DNA of 64,000 nucleotides from assembly GCF_964355755.1 (NCBI RefSeq), contig NC_092678.1:23329365-23393364 (forward strand), read 5' to 3'. The translations under genes were made by a program, and so were the position numbers. Below the pieces are notes generated by a model that made no database searches, had not been told where the DNA came from, and saw only the letters and a list, made by a program, of their open reading frames with translations. Shown here piece after piece: positions 1 through 13,793 of the stretch (position 1 is its first letter; every line of letters begins with the position of its first letter). The stretch comes from Antedon mediterranea (Eukaryota; Animalia; Echinodermata).

Positions 1-693
1 ACAAAAATCCCTCAAAACAAAGATCCTTTGTATGCATAAAATGAACACATTAAACATTGGCAGATCTCTGGTCAGTGGTAGACCTGTAAAAAAAAGTAAG
101 AAGAATACTCTCTTTGACGATTACTTCTTGTCTAGTGATGTGTAACACCACTGCAAAAAATATTCTGGATCTGGTCTGCTAGGTAAAGTAAAGGTAGAGA
201 AGGAAATGTAGAGAAGAAAATTCCAAAAAAAACAAAACCCTCTTTCCAAAAATAACTATTTTTCTTAAGCTGCCCATGCCCAGCATTTTTTAATTTCTTT
301 TTCTTTTATATATTTATATTATATTGATTTTATGCTGGTCGAATAAATAAATGAAAGGAACATATATTTTATCCAACTCCCAATTATTATAGGGTAACAG
401 AACATAGAATGTATTTATCATTCTGTTGCTATATTTTTGTAGGTGTTTTCAATTTTAAATAAAGCAATATAAATGTTCACACAGATATTTAAAAACACCT
501 ACAATCGTTTAGATTAATGACATAAGAGACGTCATCTGGGTAGTAAGGTGATATACAGATGGTTGTAATTCTACAACGGAACGAATATATTTGTCTACAC
601 ATCAATTCAGGATTAACTTTGAACATAATTGATTATGAAAATGAATTACAGTGATAGTGTGATGAAACAAGAACATGTACTAGAGTAGTGTAA

Positions 694-852
694 AGCTCTG
701 TCTACACTATCAAACTTTATGTGAAAAAAAATGTGATGTGCTAATATATGGACATATGATGTCATACCACTACCGTATTTGGGCATACCAGTACCATATT
801 TGGGCACATCACACTTTTTTTGTCAAACTAGTTTGATAGTGTAGACAGAGCT
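694..852. mobile_element. MITE family A (PIF/Harbinger/Tourist-like)
   Basis: TIR AGCTCTGTCTACACTATCAAACT, TAA target-site duplication on both sides, and internal 21-bp units CACTACCATATTTGGGCATAT. Confidence 0.9.
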
Positions 853-2679
853 TAAATAAAACAAAAGCTACAGTACTCTAAAATGACATTAATAATCACT
901 ATTATACCCTTAATGCAGAGATGGGTGTCAAAAATACAAAAAATATTCAGGTACCAGCCGGTTTCTTGGGTTGAAGGTAAGCTGGATGGAATATCTTAAA
1001 CAAGCTTTACTGTAGGGTGAGGTAGCAGGCTTTGTAGTGGGTGTCGCTGCCCACCAGCAAAATTTGATCCACATATTAAAAAGAATAATACGTCATTGTT
1101 TATTTATGAAATGTGTGAAAATAGAGCAGGCATACTGTAGATGTGATGCTGTATTAATGGAGGTAGATGTTGATTGAGAACCTTTTAACAATCTTATACC
1201 ATCAATATCATACTGACCTTATTGTGACCTGTGTTGGTATTTTGATGTTAGGAAAGAATTAATTAAAGATTGAATTACGATGGTGGATGACTGGGGAAGG
1301 ATATTAGATGAGATGGTGTTAGATAAGTGATAGGTTGATTTCAAAACACTGTTGGTAAAACATGATTATCCTGTAAACACTCCTATTAACTATACTATTA
1401 TTACTATGCATTTTGTATCATATTGCTTTCAATGTATAGTAAGCATGTTAAATCAAATGCAAATTACATGGAAGAATATTGCTAAGGTTGGCAGTACTTT
1501 GATATTCCTCACTTGCCAAGGGGGCTAGCCCATTGGACTAGAAGGATGTTTATATTATACTAGCCTACATTTTGAAATACAGTACTAGAGTACTTAAATA
1601 AAAGATTTTCACTTAAATAAATAAAAATGTATGTTATTTACCGACAGAATTGGAAGAATTATTCTATTTTTCAAAATTAATTGTTTCTTTAGGTAAATAA
1701 AAATTAAATTATGCATCTTCAAAAAATAACAACCAAAATTGATATTAATAGAGAAAATCATTTTTAAGATTAGAGGCTAATCCAGAATACAAGTCACTGA
1801 TTGGCTCACATGGGATTTAATATCCAAAATGAAAACATTATCATTTCTCACAGAAAATATTACCATACTTAAAATTAAATAAAAAATCACTCTTAATAAA
1901 CAAATTGATATTAATTATAATTAAATAATTGTACTTACAGATAATATAAATCAAGTGGGTAAAACTTAAATGTTTATTAATATAAATCCACAAAATCTCG
2001 TCTTGTTTCTTAAGTAGAATAACACTCCCTAGTACACTGTGGAACGTATCATTCAAGACTGTATGCCGTCTGTACATTGCACACTTACCTCATTCAAAAT
2101 CGCTCAAGCATTCGATATAACCTTTGACCTGGTATTATAATCAGTCTATATTGACTTGCCGCTTTTCTTATATTCTTTTATTTGCTAATGCTCTGAGGTT
2201 GTTGTGGTTGTTGTGTTAATCATCAATGTTGTTTTATTGTCAACGTATTAGGTGATAGATAATGCTCATTTGCATAATAATATTCTACTACAGTTGGTCG
2301 GTAAACACAATTTTGTGGTGAAAATTGTGGTTAAAAAGTAGTAATACAGAATTTTAAGTAGCAATTTTATTAATTTATTTGTCAAATCTTCTAATTGAAA
2401 CATATATACAGTATATATATATATAATTTTGTTTCTTTTCAATTTCAATTTTTTTCGTTTCTGTTGTATTTATATGGTGTTGATTTTTGTTTTTGTTTTG
2501 TAATATAGTATCACGAACTTGTGTAAAAACAATCAATATTGATTGAACGAGTTGTACTGCACATCAGTCTCGTGTCTAAATAAAGTTTATATATATATAT
2601 ATATGTCAATAATTTGTTTGATTGTTAATTTGTCAGTGTTATTATTTTCTTTAGTTCAGCATTTAATACGATTGTACCG

Positions 2680-3726
2680 TATAAGTTACACACTAAGATG
2701 GTTGAAATCGGTTTCGATATTTCTATATGTAACTGGGTGTTAAACTTTTTAACTGATCGACCCCAACGTACTAAAGTGGGTACCATTATATCAGATAAGC
2801 GTATTATAAATACAGGTGTACCACAGAGCTGTGTACTGTCGCCCTTTCTTTTTACTTTATTTACCTATGACTGTGTTACCTACTACAGTAACTGTCACAT
2901 CGCTTAATTTGCGGATGATACTACCATTGTAGGTCTAATCAATGATGACAGTGATGAGTCTAATTATCGCAACCAAGTTAAACGAGTTGTAGACTGGTGT
3001 AACGAAAACAATCTGTTCTTGAATGTATCTAAGACTAAAGAAATGGTTGTTGATTTCCGTAAATCACTTAATGTCAAATATCCAATATTTATTAATGGTA
3101 TATCAGTTGAGTTTGTAGAAGAATTTAAATTCTTGGGTATTTATATTTCAAATGATCTGAAGTGGCATATTAACACACGTAACATTATTAGAAAGGCCCA
3201 AAGAAGAATCTACTTCCTACGTAGACTTAAATCATTTGGTATAAACTCTGAAATAATGTCGTCCTTCTATAGGTCAGTTATAGAGAGTGTAATAACGTAT
3301 TCTTTAACGGTATGGTTCGGTAGCGCTACTGAAAATGAAAAGCGTGACCTAAATAGAATAGTCAAGACCGCATCGCGTATAATTGGATCTACACAACTGC
3401 CTTTGGAGAACATATTTTCGGATCGTCTTCTGAAAAAGGCAGTGGCTATCAAAGATGAGCATTTTCATCCGGCCTCTAGTATGTTCCAGTTGATGCGCAG
3501 CGGTCGGCGATTTCGTTCTATTAAGGCCAATAAGGCACGATTTACAAATAGTTTCTTTCCAGGATCTATTAGAGCCTTAAATATGATGTAGACACTTTTT
3601 TTTTGTAATGTTTTTGTTTTTGAGTTCGTGTTGTGTCCGTTGGATATTGTGCTCCGCCAACAGAGCAAACAGAATTTCTATGTTTTTCCTAAAACAAATG
3701 ATAATAAATGATACTTGACTTGACTT
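2680..3726 (+). mobile_element. 5'-truncated non-LTR retrotransposon (LINE, Rex1/Babar-like) reverse transcriptase remnant
   Basis: One reading frame 2698-3591 carries RT motifs (NWVLNFLTDRPQ, TGVPQSCVLSPFLFTLFT, *FADDTTIVGLI, WC..NNL.LNVSKTKEMVVDFRK, FKFLGIYISNDLKW..KAQRRIYFLRRL). It has an in-frame TAA at 2905-2907 just before FADD. The 3' end has AATAAA and a (GACTT)n-like tail. Confidence 0.92.
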
Positions 3727-4950
3727 AATTTTTTCTCTTTAAAATGGCTTTAATATATAAAATATTCTAGATCATTTATGTTGCGTACAATAGCGGAAAA
3801 ATTTGTTTGAACACTACTTTTTACTGTCAACCATCTTAAAAATAAAACAGGGGGTGCATGTATAAGGGAGGGGGCGGGGGGGGGCTAATACAGTGAATTG
3901 AAACCCTAAATCTCAAGCCTTTATTTACAGTAGTGTACAGTATATATGCTGAAATCCAGTAAGTATATAACCATGGAGGTATAAAAAAGACCATGATATC
4001 ACTATACAATGCAAATAATACAATAACTCCCTATGGAGTGCAGGAGGTGCCATATTGTATATCGTCGTCAAAAGAAGGCATAATAAATCCCTTTAGAAGA
4101 AAAAAACACACAGACGAACAATAGCATTATATAGTAGTATTAGACATTTTATTCCATAGATATACAAGAGTCAAAATATAATTTGATACATAATATGAAA
4201 TAGGATATTTTTCATAAATTGGATAATATTACTGTATTTATCGATTTTTCAGAAAATTTTGGAAATAAAAATATTAATCAACAAATTTAGGTAGTGAAAC
4301 TTGATTCTTTTGTATATGAAAACAGGAAGTGGTATTAACGGATAAGGGAATATAATTCTTTTAATTGGTTTACCAATGGGATATTTTCGAGGGAAAACAA
4401 TTTTATTCTTTGAAAAACAAACCATAAATATAAACAATGTTGAGGTCGTCATCATTAGCGTTTTCATAGAAAATGACGTATTAACAATCTACTGACGGAT
4501 GCCCATACAAATCTTTGGGAAGTAAATGGTGAAAGTTTATGAATAGATTCTAAAATCCTGCACGAAATACAAGTAATCGTGGATGGTAAAAAGATATGGA
4601 TAGATAGTGTAAAGTTTGGTAGATGGTAAATCGTTATATAGCTATAATTCGTTCTGATAATTTGACATAGATTAATTTATTTCATATCAATAACTCATAA
4701 AGTATGTGTAATGCCTTTCTAAGTACTAACTCAGGATTACGTTAAACCCTTCAAAGTAAACTGCAAATAAATAATTCTGTTAAAATTACGGAACAAATTT
4801 AATGAGTAACTTTTGAACTACTATACCTAGATTTCATCTTGTATTGTACAAACTTAAATAAGATTTACGGATACATACAGTATTTTGTAACATAGATATT
4901 GATGGTTAATACACTTTGTCTTTTATTTTCTTTAAGACACAAAGGGACAA

Positions 4951-5098
4951 AGTTCCCACTAGAGACGCAACATAAGGACGTAACAGAAGGATGTAAGTTA
5001 GTCGACTAATCTCAATTGATAAATTATTCGAACTGTCGCTTGTCATATTGGTCAACATGCTTGTGTTGCATTTACGTCCTTGTGTTACGAACCAAGTT
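4951..5098. mobile_element. Degenerate copy of the 46404-46516 MITE family
   Basis: It shares the GTTCCCACTAGAGACGCAA start and ends CTTGTGTTACGAACCAAG. Confidence 0.6.
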
Positions 5099-5992
5099 TT
5101 AAGTCTAACAATCAGTTTGATCATGTTTCTGAACATGCAGAATGACTTTTTGATGTAACAGCTGTATAGTCTAGTGGAAATGTAAATATTTAGATTGATT
5201 GAATGTCTTCAAAAGCAAAAGGCCACTGATAATAGTTGTGCAGGCATGCTTGCATTTCTTGAGATCTTAATACGTTGCTCAAAATTATCAGATTTAAATA
5301 AAACAACTGAAGCAAGAATTTGGAACCTTTAAGAAAAGTCTAATTTTGAGAGTGTCACCAGTATTCTGGGTCTGGTTTTTACAAAGTGTACTATAGTTCG
5401 AAATTGAATTAAGAGTAACAGTACAGAAAAACCATAGTACAAACGACCTTGGACAAACATAACAACCACAAATAGAATGACGCATACCATTCATTCATAT
5501 TTACCAGACAAACCTACCAAATTTAAATAATTTATGTACATATTCAATAAATAGGAAATGGCCTGGTGGTAGAAATTAACGTCGTTGTGTTTTCCTAAAC
5601 AATTGAATCATGGTAATCAGTGCGAGTGCAGCTTAAGCTGTGTTCACACTGAGTGCGAATTACTGTACAATGGCAGGAGAAATAATCATGAAAAATAGAT
5701 GTAGCGTTTAAAAAGAGAACCATTCACACTAAACCATTTTGGATTCTGTACAAAACATGCATGTACTGAATTTGGACTTGTTTGGCAATAAAAGAAAAAG
5801 AATGTATGATAAAAACATCAGGAAGATGTTTTAGAGTTTAATCAATTAATACAGTATGTTATTGAGAATAATACTTGGTACTTTCAGCGTCATTAGAAGT
5901 TATGTAACAATATTACTAACTATTGCAAACAGCAGTTCTATTCAAATTTATAAAAAGACATCCATGTTTTAATTTGTTGTTCATTGTTAACC

Positions 5993-6124
5993 TTTATTAT
6001 TAAAGAATATGATTTTATTATTAAAGAATATGATTTTATTATTAAAGAATATGATTTTATTATTAAAGAATATGATTTTATTATTAAAGAATATGATTTT
6101 ATTATTAAAGAATATGATTTTATT
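5993..6124. repeat. 21-bp minisatellite x6
   Basis: Perfect tandem TTTATTATTAAAGAATATGAT. Confidence 0.95.
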
Positions 6125-7114
6125 TCTAGATTTTTATTAAAATTAGGTCAGATTTTGTTGCTATCATATTTCAATGACTGTGTTATTTCTTCTTCTTTTC
6201 AGTAATCATATATCTTGAGTGTTTGTCAAACCGCTGTACAACATTCTAAGCAAAATGTTGTCGGTGTTAAATATCAGAATTCAATCTTTTGCGAGTTTGC
6301 TTTTCAAATGTTCTTGTATCAACCGAGGACGATGCACTTGCGTTTAGAAACGTTTTAACGATAATGCAATTACTACAATTTAAGAAGAAAGTACAAATCT
6401 TAAATCTTCTCATTGTCATTCAAATTTGGAGTATTGTTGTTGATATCTCTTACTGAGAGGAATGTGTGTTTTATCACAAAAGGAAGTTTAAAGTTTAATC
6501 TGTACTTTAAAACCACGTAGTTGCTGTACATACACTCAGTATTAATAGACAAAAAATAAATTGTAACATTATTTTAAAACTTTGCTTCATCATGGCCAGC
6601 CTTTCTGTGTATAATTCATTTAAAATTAGCGAACATGGTTTTGTTTGTGGTAAAATCTGTCATTTTAAAATTTATTCCAAGATCATGTGACCTAATTTTA
6701 TTCATTTATGACGAAGTCTGCACTAATTATAGCATTAAATACAAACTACTAACAGCAGGTTGTGTATCATTACTGTACAAGTATACTGTAGGCACTGGGT
6801 TTATGGCGTATTACCAAAGCAAGCTATAACAGAATATGGATATAATACGTGATCCCGAGAGACTCGTTCTAAGACCGCACTGGTGGCAAATTCCGACATT
6901 AACCGAAGCTAACGACCTGTTTGGAGGCAAGACATTTCCAGACATTCATTAGCCGCTTTTTTTTTCAATGTCGGAAAGATTTTTACAAAACAGTTATTTT
7001 GTTTTTCGATGACAATATTGTGACGTCAGCAAAATTAAGGTCGCTTTACATACTGCGTTACTGTAAAATAAATGAAATACTTGCAGAGTAACATATTGGG
7101 ATAAGGATAACATA

Positions 7115-7312
7115 AGGAGGAAGGGGTAAAGGAGGGAGGGATACAGGAGGGAGAGATACAGGAGGGAGGGGTGCAGGAGGGAGGGATACAGGAGGGAGGG
7201 ATACAGGAGGGAGGGGTGCAGGAGGGAGGGATACAGGAGGGAGGGGTAAAGGAGGAAGGGGTAAAGGAGGAAGGGATACAGGAGGGAGGGATACAGGAGG
7301 GAGGGGAGAGGG
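7115..7312. repeat. 15-bp purine-rich minisatellite x~13
   Basis: GGAGGGAGGGATACA and variants. Confidence 0.93.
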
Positions 7313-10300
7313 GTTTCAACATTCCATAACTCTATCTATAATTTGTGACATTGAATTACATTATTTCCTATGATAATGTCATGTAATAATAATATACAAT
7401 ATAGAATCGGGTGAAATTTCTTTAACCAGAAATTGGGAAGCAAATTGTGTATTAGAACATTTCAATCAATATTGTACCAAACATTATAATCAATGGATAT
7501 TCAACACAACACAATAGATTGATATAATATTATGTTAATTCTATCAAACCCCGCACGAAAGCGCTTTCTGCCATGGGCATATGTCCTTGACATGCTTCTA
7601 AAGAAACTAAAATTTTCCATTTGTTTTAATTTATTTTCCAAAATACATCCGTAAAGAAAATAAATGGCAAGCTTAATATCTGTGTAAGAATATCGTCTGT
7701 TCATTTAGTATTCAGGAGAAGGAAGACGATAATTTGTAAATAAATCAAATTGTGAAATTCTTCTATTCCGAGTATAAGGGTTGTTAATTTTGTTGATTTT
7801 CTTCTTTAGTTTTTATAGTTTTTTCATAAAAGGTGAAGGCTTTCATGGTTTTAAATTGTTTAGAACTTAAATTTATAAGAACAAGAAGTCAAGTACTGTA
7901 CATAAGAGTTTAATTTTGGTTAGGGTTTTTGATAGGGCTCAAGATGATTAAGAAAACAAGAAAAAAAGGGGGAGACTAGTTGGTCCGCAAAAAGTATTGC
8001 AAAACCATCCGCGTGAAAAAAAAAAATTTGTCTTTTTAGATTAATTTCAGATTTGCTCCTACTGTTTTATATTCATTTATTTTCTTCAGAAATTTATAGT
8101 TTATGTCATTCTTATTATTAAATAAAGAAATACTGTTAGAAAATTAAAGAAAATTGCAGTTAAAATGAAATCACGTAACAGCTGGTAAAATGGGCACGAT
8201 GCCAAGTCTTTGTCTCAATTAATGAGAATATTACCTAGGAAACATAAACAAATAATTTAACAATTAATAGAAAGGATGCGATTTGTCCTCTGAGTGACCG
8301 GTCACTCTGTGTAGAGTACACATAATTTACTAATATTATTATTACTCGCCTCGTTTATACACAATTCATAATTAATCAAATCTAATTAATATTTGACACT
8401 CGTAATCTTCTTGTCTATTGTAATCTTGTAATGTTAACTATTGCATTATTGGATAATACAGTAAACAGTATATAATATTACTGATTTTTATGGAAGTAAA
8501 GATGGGAAACTAGTAATTTGCCATATTCTGTTTCTATTATTAATATTCATATATGCCTTTATTTATCTTTAGGCCATGGGCTCAATCATAGATCTACACA
8601 TAATTTATAGTACTGTAGTAGTAGTGGACTTTGTTTTTACTTGGGGTACCCGAGTCCAGGACTCTCTCATCTTCTCTTCTTCCATCCACTATTGAGTAAA
8701 AAGGGCAATTTATAAAGTACTACTCCTCCCTTATTTGTTGTAGTATTGAGCTGGGATTTGGCATGAATATACTACAGGGAAATGTCTTCAAAGCTACAGA
8801 GCCGGATTTTTAAATTTCAAACCGGATGCAGCCATATGACGGCGAAGATAGTAACGTATAGCCATATTTGCTGGCGAGGTTTATAATTATATTGATGTGT
8901 ATCTGACGTCATTACAGCTTATTTTGCTGTACCCCGAGTATCGCATATTCGTGCTTGTTTTGTTGAAGATACAAATAAGAATGTGGAATATTAAACATAC
9001 ATTTTGTTAGTAACTTGTTTAATTTGTACAGTGGGTGATTACGGCAATAATACTGTAGGATTTACTGAGAAAGATTCCCTTTCTGCTAAAAACTGGACAT
9101 ATATTATAGGCAAAATATCATTATTCCCAGTGAGGCTAAATAAGGTTTGTAAAGAGATGATATTCATTCATTTGTTGATTTGTTTTCAAGAAGGAGATTG
9201 AAGGCGGTATTCAAGACAAACTGATTTTTAGTAGTTAATTCACGAATCTGTTGAGTAATATAGAACAATCTAAAGGGTCACCGTACTTCCTGCAGGACAG
9301 GTGCGTCTTTATTATCTATTAACGATGAAAGTACGGTATCAAGAAAACAACACTAAGAATGCATACTAACAAACATGCCCTGACTAGAATTGGTGAACTA
9401 TAGGTCTATTTGAATATTTCTATTTCTATTTTCTTTTATTTTTGTTATTTCTAAACAATGAAGCGATTGATTAATCTTCTTGCAAATAAAATAAATATCT
9501 TTTTAGAATGTTTATTATACATAAAAAAAAAATTTATTAGAATTGTAATGAACTTAAAGTCATTAATTGATCTTTACAGAAAATTATTTACAGACCTGCA
9601 CCTACAATATGGAAACTTTACGGAAATATTACTGTATTTGGAAACATTTTCAAAGGAAATCATTAACATTTACACAAACTAGTTTATTATCTTTAACTAC
9701 TTGTTTATCTTCCTGAATATATTCCCACGCAGTGTTACAGTAGCTGCAATACAAAAAAACCAAAAATGTATTTAACTCCCACAGGATAAGCAATAATGTC
9801 CTCTTTGTTACGCTATACATCAGCCTCGTTGGAATGTAGCATAAGTCATGAGGATCACATTATTAATGACTTGTGATGTACAACACAAAGGAGAAGGATA
9901 TACAGTAAGTATACAAGATGTGATGACTTTGATTGGTCGGTGTCTATCCTTGATACTCACAACAAAATGACAATAAACATTAAGTATACTAGAAAGCCAT
10001 TATAAATAGATAAAGAACATCTTTTAAAACTGTCCTGTAGTAGATGTATTTTCTTTAAAACATTAGAATGTCCTATCTATAAATCCATGGTAATGTACAT
10101 GATGTTCTATTGGACACGTTACAGCATGCAGCGCCATGGTTACAGTACTCATCAACATTTTGATGAAGCGCCAGGGCCATAAAAAAAGCAAATAAATATA
10201 TATCATTATTCTTAATATCGATAAATTTACTAACTGTACCGGGATAGGGGAAGAAGCAGGTGGTGAACATTGAAAATGTCAATGCCTGTGAATGACCTAA

Positions 10301-10367
10301 GATTTTAAATAAGGCATTACAGTATTTTATTGTTGAATAATAAAATTATAAATATACAAAATTCCAA

Positions 10368-10897
10368 CTGTATGTACTGGTAACTTCTGAGAAATATTGT
10401 TTTAGGCACTCTAGTGACGTAGTGTACAGTAAACCAGGGAGTTGTAAAACTTCCTGGTTAAATATACCAAGATCAATGAACCAGGATTCAGAATAATGGT
10501 TGACACAATGTGCATTTTGCTTATAATAAGATACTCAAATGTTTTTTTGTTTGTTGTCAATAAAATTCATTATCTCAGCACCATGTACATATTATAATTA
10601 TTATAAATAAAAATCAATATAAATTATATATACAGTAGGTGAAGAGGGGAGGAAGCGGGTGGTGAATGAATATAAATTATAATATAAATTTAAAAGTGTA
10701 ATTTACAATATTCCTGTGTTTTGCATGTAGTACTGGCAACTTCTGAGAAATATTATTTTATACACTCTAGGGACGTACAGCTAAGCCAACGATCAATGAA
10801 CCAGGATTTGGAAAGATGGTTGCCACATGTGAATTCATGTTCACAACTTTACTCAATATTTGTTTGTTTGTGATTTATTACCCCAGCACCATGTAAC
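10368..10897. repeat. Local diverged duplication
   Basis: GTACTGG.AACTTCTGAGAAATATT...GATCAATGAACCAGGATT...CAGCACCATGTA occurs at about 10370-10590 and 10725-10897. Confidence 0.75.
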
Positions 10898-12199
10898 TCT
10901 CAAGTGTAGATTTCAAAATGTGATGTAATAGTACTATGTTTCTGTGTCCTACATAATTTTTTTTGTAACCATACTGTTATGACGACCGACTGTCTTAAAA
11001 AACTTACTTTGTAGACATTCTCATTCATAATTTTTTAGCCTTGGGCGTAAAGAAAGGTATGGCTACCTGATGAAAGGAATGCCATATTTTATGAGTCACA
11101 GAATAAAAATTGATTTTTGTACAAGAGTTGAGAAGACCAGGTGTTAGAAGATGCAATCAATTGTTCAAGGATGGAGCCTATTGATTATGTCATCAAATAA
11201 CTACATTACAACTCGCCTCAAAATCATATTTCATGTTTGCATTTCAAAACATTTTTTTTCATAATTTCATCATCACATGACAATGATCTATCCTACATAA
11301 TTTTGTTTGTGGTTTTAAATATAAATTATACTCTGAACTGGTAGTACCAGCCATAGAGCCCTTGTGTATTAACATAAAATAAATCAAAAGACAAAATTAC
11401 TAAAAAATGACAATGCTGGGCATCATCAGTGGCTGGATCTTTTGAATACAAAATAAAATAAGCACTGACAAATGACAATACTGTGGGTATCACTGGAAAA
11501 TAAGCAGAAAGCTAAATCAAAACGATAAAATAAAACAGGTAGAAAGGAATTGCAGAGCTTTGGGATAATACTAATCTATCCTGAGTACTTGAAGAGAAGT
11601 ACGAATATAAAGCAGAAACAATAAAAGTCAACTAAAATTGCATGGACCAACCACTCGCAGAAGTTTGTGCCATACGAGTGAGACTTCATTCATATTCAAG
11701 AGGGGCTTTTAAGAACATACTGTATAATAGTGTAGTGCTTTTCCTCAACTCCCGCTTTTTGGAGAACAAGTAATGAAATAATAATAATATAACTAGGTTT
11801 TGACCTATTTACATGTCAAAATGTTTTTTTTTTCTAGACAGGTTTTAATAAGTAGGAAGTTATTAAGAAATATGTCCAACTTGAGTCTGCCGAACCCAGC
11901 TGGTTATAAACCTACTACAGCAGCTGAAGATGATGACACCTATGTTGTCCTCGATTCTTGTCACGTGGGCGTAATCAATATTTCTGTGAAACTAATTAAT
12001 ATTTATATAAACAAAGTCAAATATTATTCCCATGTCTCATGTTTGTGGTCATGCTTCATGCAATTTAGCCCACTCAAACTCATCTCAATTCTGAACAACA
12101 GCTTTCAATTATTATGCAACGTTTAAATACAACATGAAAAAAGGGTATGGTAATCCTATCTAAATGTACAGTAGTTTACAGTACAAATAATACATTTAA

Positions 12200-12628
12200 A
12201 GACACCTTCCCTACAATTTGTGACGTTTTGTAAAAATAATAATATTACTTTAAAAACATTAAACCAGGTCATTCCTTGTCTTAAATGTACGTTTGATGCA
12301 CTACCTAAGTAGCTCACGGCGACTGACCTCTCGTGGATGGTCTTTAGGCTTAGTTTTGTAGGCCTAGCTGGTAAACATCGGTAACGTACGAACATCGTAC
12401 GCTAGCTATATACCTAGTCTGACGTTGTATAGTTGCTGAATTAATTGTCTTTCTATTTTTGCCAGACTCCATTGATACAAATTGGAGAAAACCCGGTAAA
12501 AGTTAGGAGTCTTCCATTTGTTTTGACCTCGCGATCCATCGAAAAGTGGGTTAATTACAGAAGAAAAGCAGAAATATCAATCTGCGCGCAATGCATTTTG
12601 GGATTTATAGCGGGCCGCTATAATTATT
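12200..12628. mobile_element. Family B element, truncated inverted copy
   Basis: Reverse-complement match to about 40748-41222, starting with TTAA|AGACACCTTCC. Confidence 0.82.
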
Positions 12629-13609
12629 AGGGCCCCTTGATTGTCCACACAAGCTGTTTAGGGTCACCCTCTATAAATAAGGTTAAATACAAAAAATTAA
12701 ATAAATTGTGTAATTAAAGAAAAACTTCATTAATAATAATGTTTAATTTAAATTGAAACTTATATTTTGTGGTCAGCTGTCAATAAACTATTTGGTGTAC
12801 AGTACATAAAACAATTTTACAATAACACAGCATTGTTCGTACTTAACATGTTTATCTCAAATACAATAATATTAAATAATATTATTGAACAATAACAATC
12901 ATATAGTTTAGAAGGAAATATTAATTCTTGTGTGTTTGTTTTTCCACGAGGTATTTCATCATTTATTATCAACCAGTTGAAACAAAGTGCATCTTTCGTT
13001 GCACTTTTATTAATGGGCATTATTCAGCAAAATGCGACCAATTTCATGTACTTTTAAAGTTTATTTAGTATTGTTAAAACAACTCCAGCAATGACGTTAT
13101 CGCGAAATGACAAGACTGAACAATAATGAAACTCACTTCTGCAACAATATTCAACAACATTCCTAATAAAAAGTTAATAAATTTTTTTTTTATTGATAGC
13201 AAGTTTTACAACATTTTGCTTACTAAACAATGGTACAGTACAATATAATAATACTATCACTCTTATTGGCCTCGTTTCATTTTGATCTGGGGTGGCATGC
13301 TTAGCGGGAGTAGGGTCACTGAGAGGTAAAATCGTGAGATACCTCATATTCAGACAAATGTTTCAAAATCTCTTATAATTGCAAGATTACTTACCTTTTC
13401 GTTTAATCTCTTCTATCAAAACAATTTCATAGCCTGTTAAAAAAAAAACAGATGAAACAATTACTGAAGATGACCTAATAACAATAATGCTACATTCACG
13501 CTAAAGGTCAAATTTGCTTTCGCAAAAGTGGCGAAAGATCAAGATATTTGTTTCCTCCAGATTGGAAATTCTAATAGAAGAATTTTAAAAACTGGTTATT
13601 TTTTCTCAG

Positions 13610-13793
13610 CAGGAACATTGGCCATATTTACCATTCACACCCTTAAAATTAAAAAAATCTCCTTATGTAATTGAATACAATTTAAGGGATACTTAAATAT
13701 TTATTGAGTTAAGTGAAATACTTAATATTTAAGGGAAGTACCTAACTTAAAAGTTAAGATGATGTGATTGGTGAATATGGCCACATGCTCCTG
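13610..13793. mobile_element. Palindromic MITE-like element
   Basis: Inverted ends GGCCATATTTACCATTCACAC / GTGATTGGTGAATATGGCC, with a related copy at about 49238-49392. Confidence 0.65.

Noticed and set aside
7035-7322. Pro/Ser/Cys-rich 95-aa ORF
   Set aside because: It is the reverse translation of the 15-bp purine repeat.
11800-12126. 108-aa plus-strand ORF with an acceptor-like site (MSNLSLPNPAGYKPTTAAEDDDTYVVL)
   Set aside because: No recognisable homology, no convincing donor and no partner exons.
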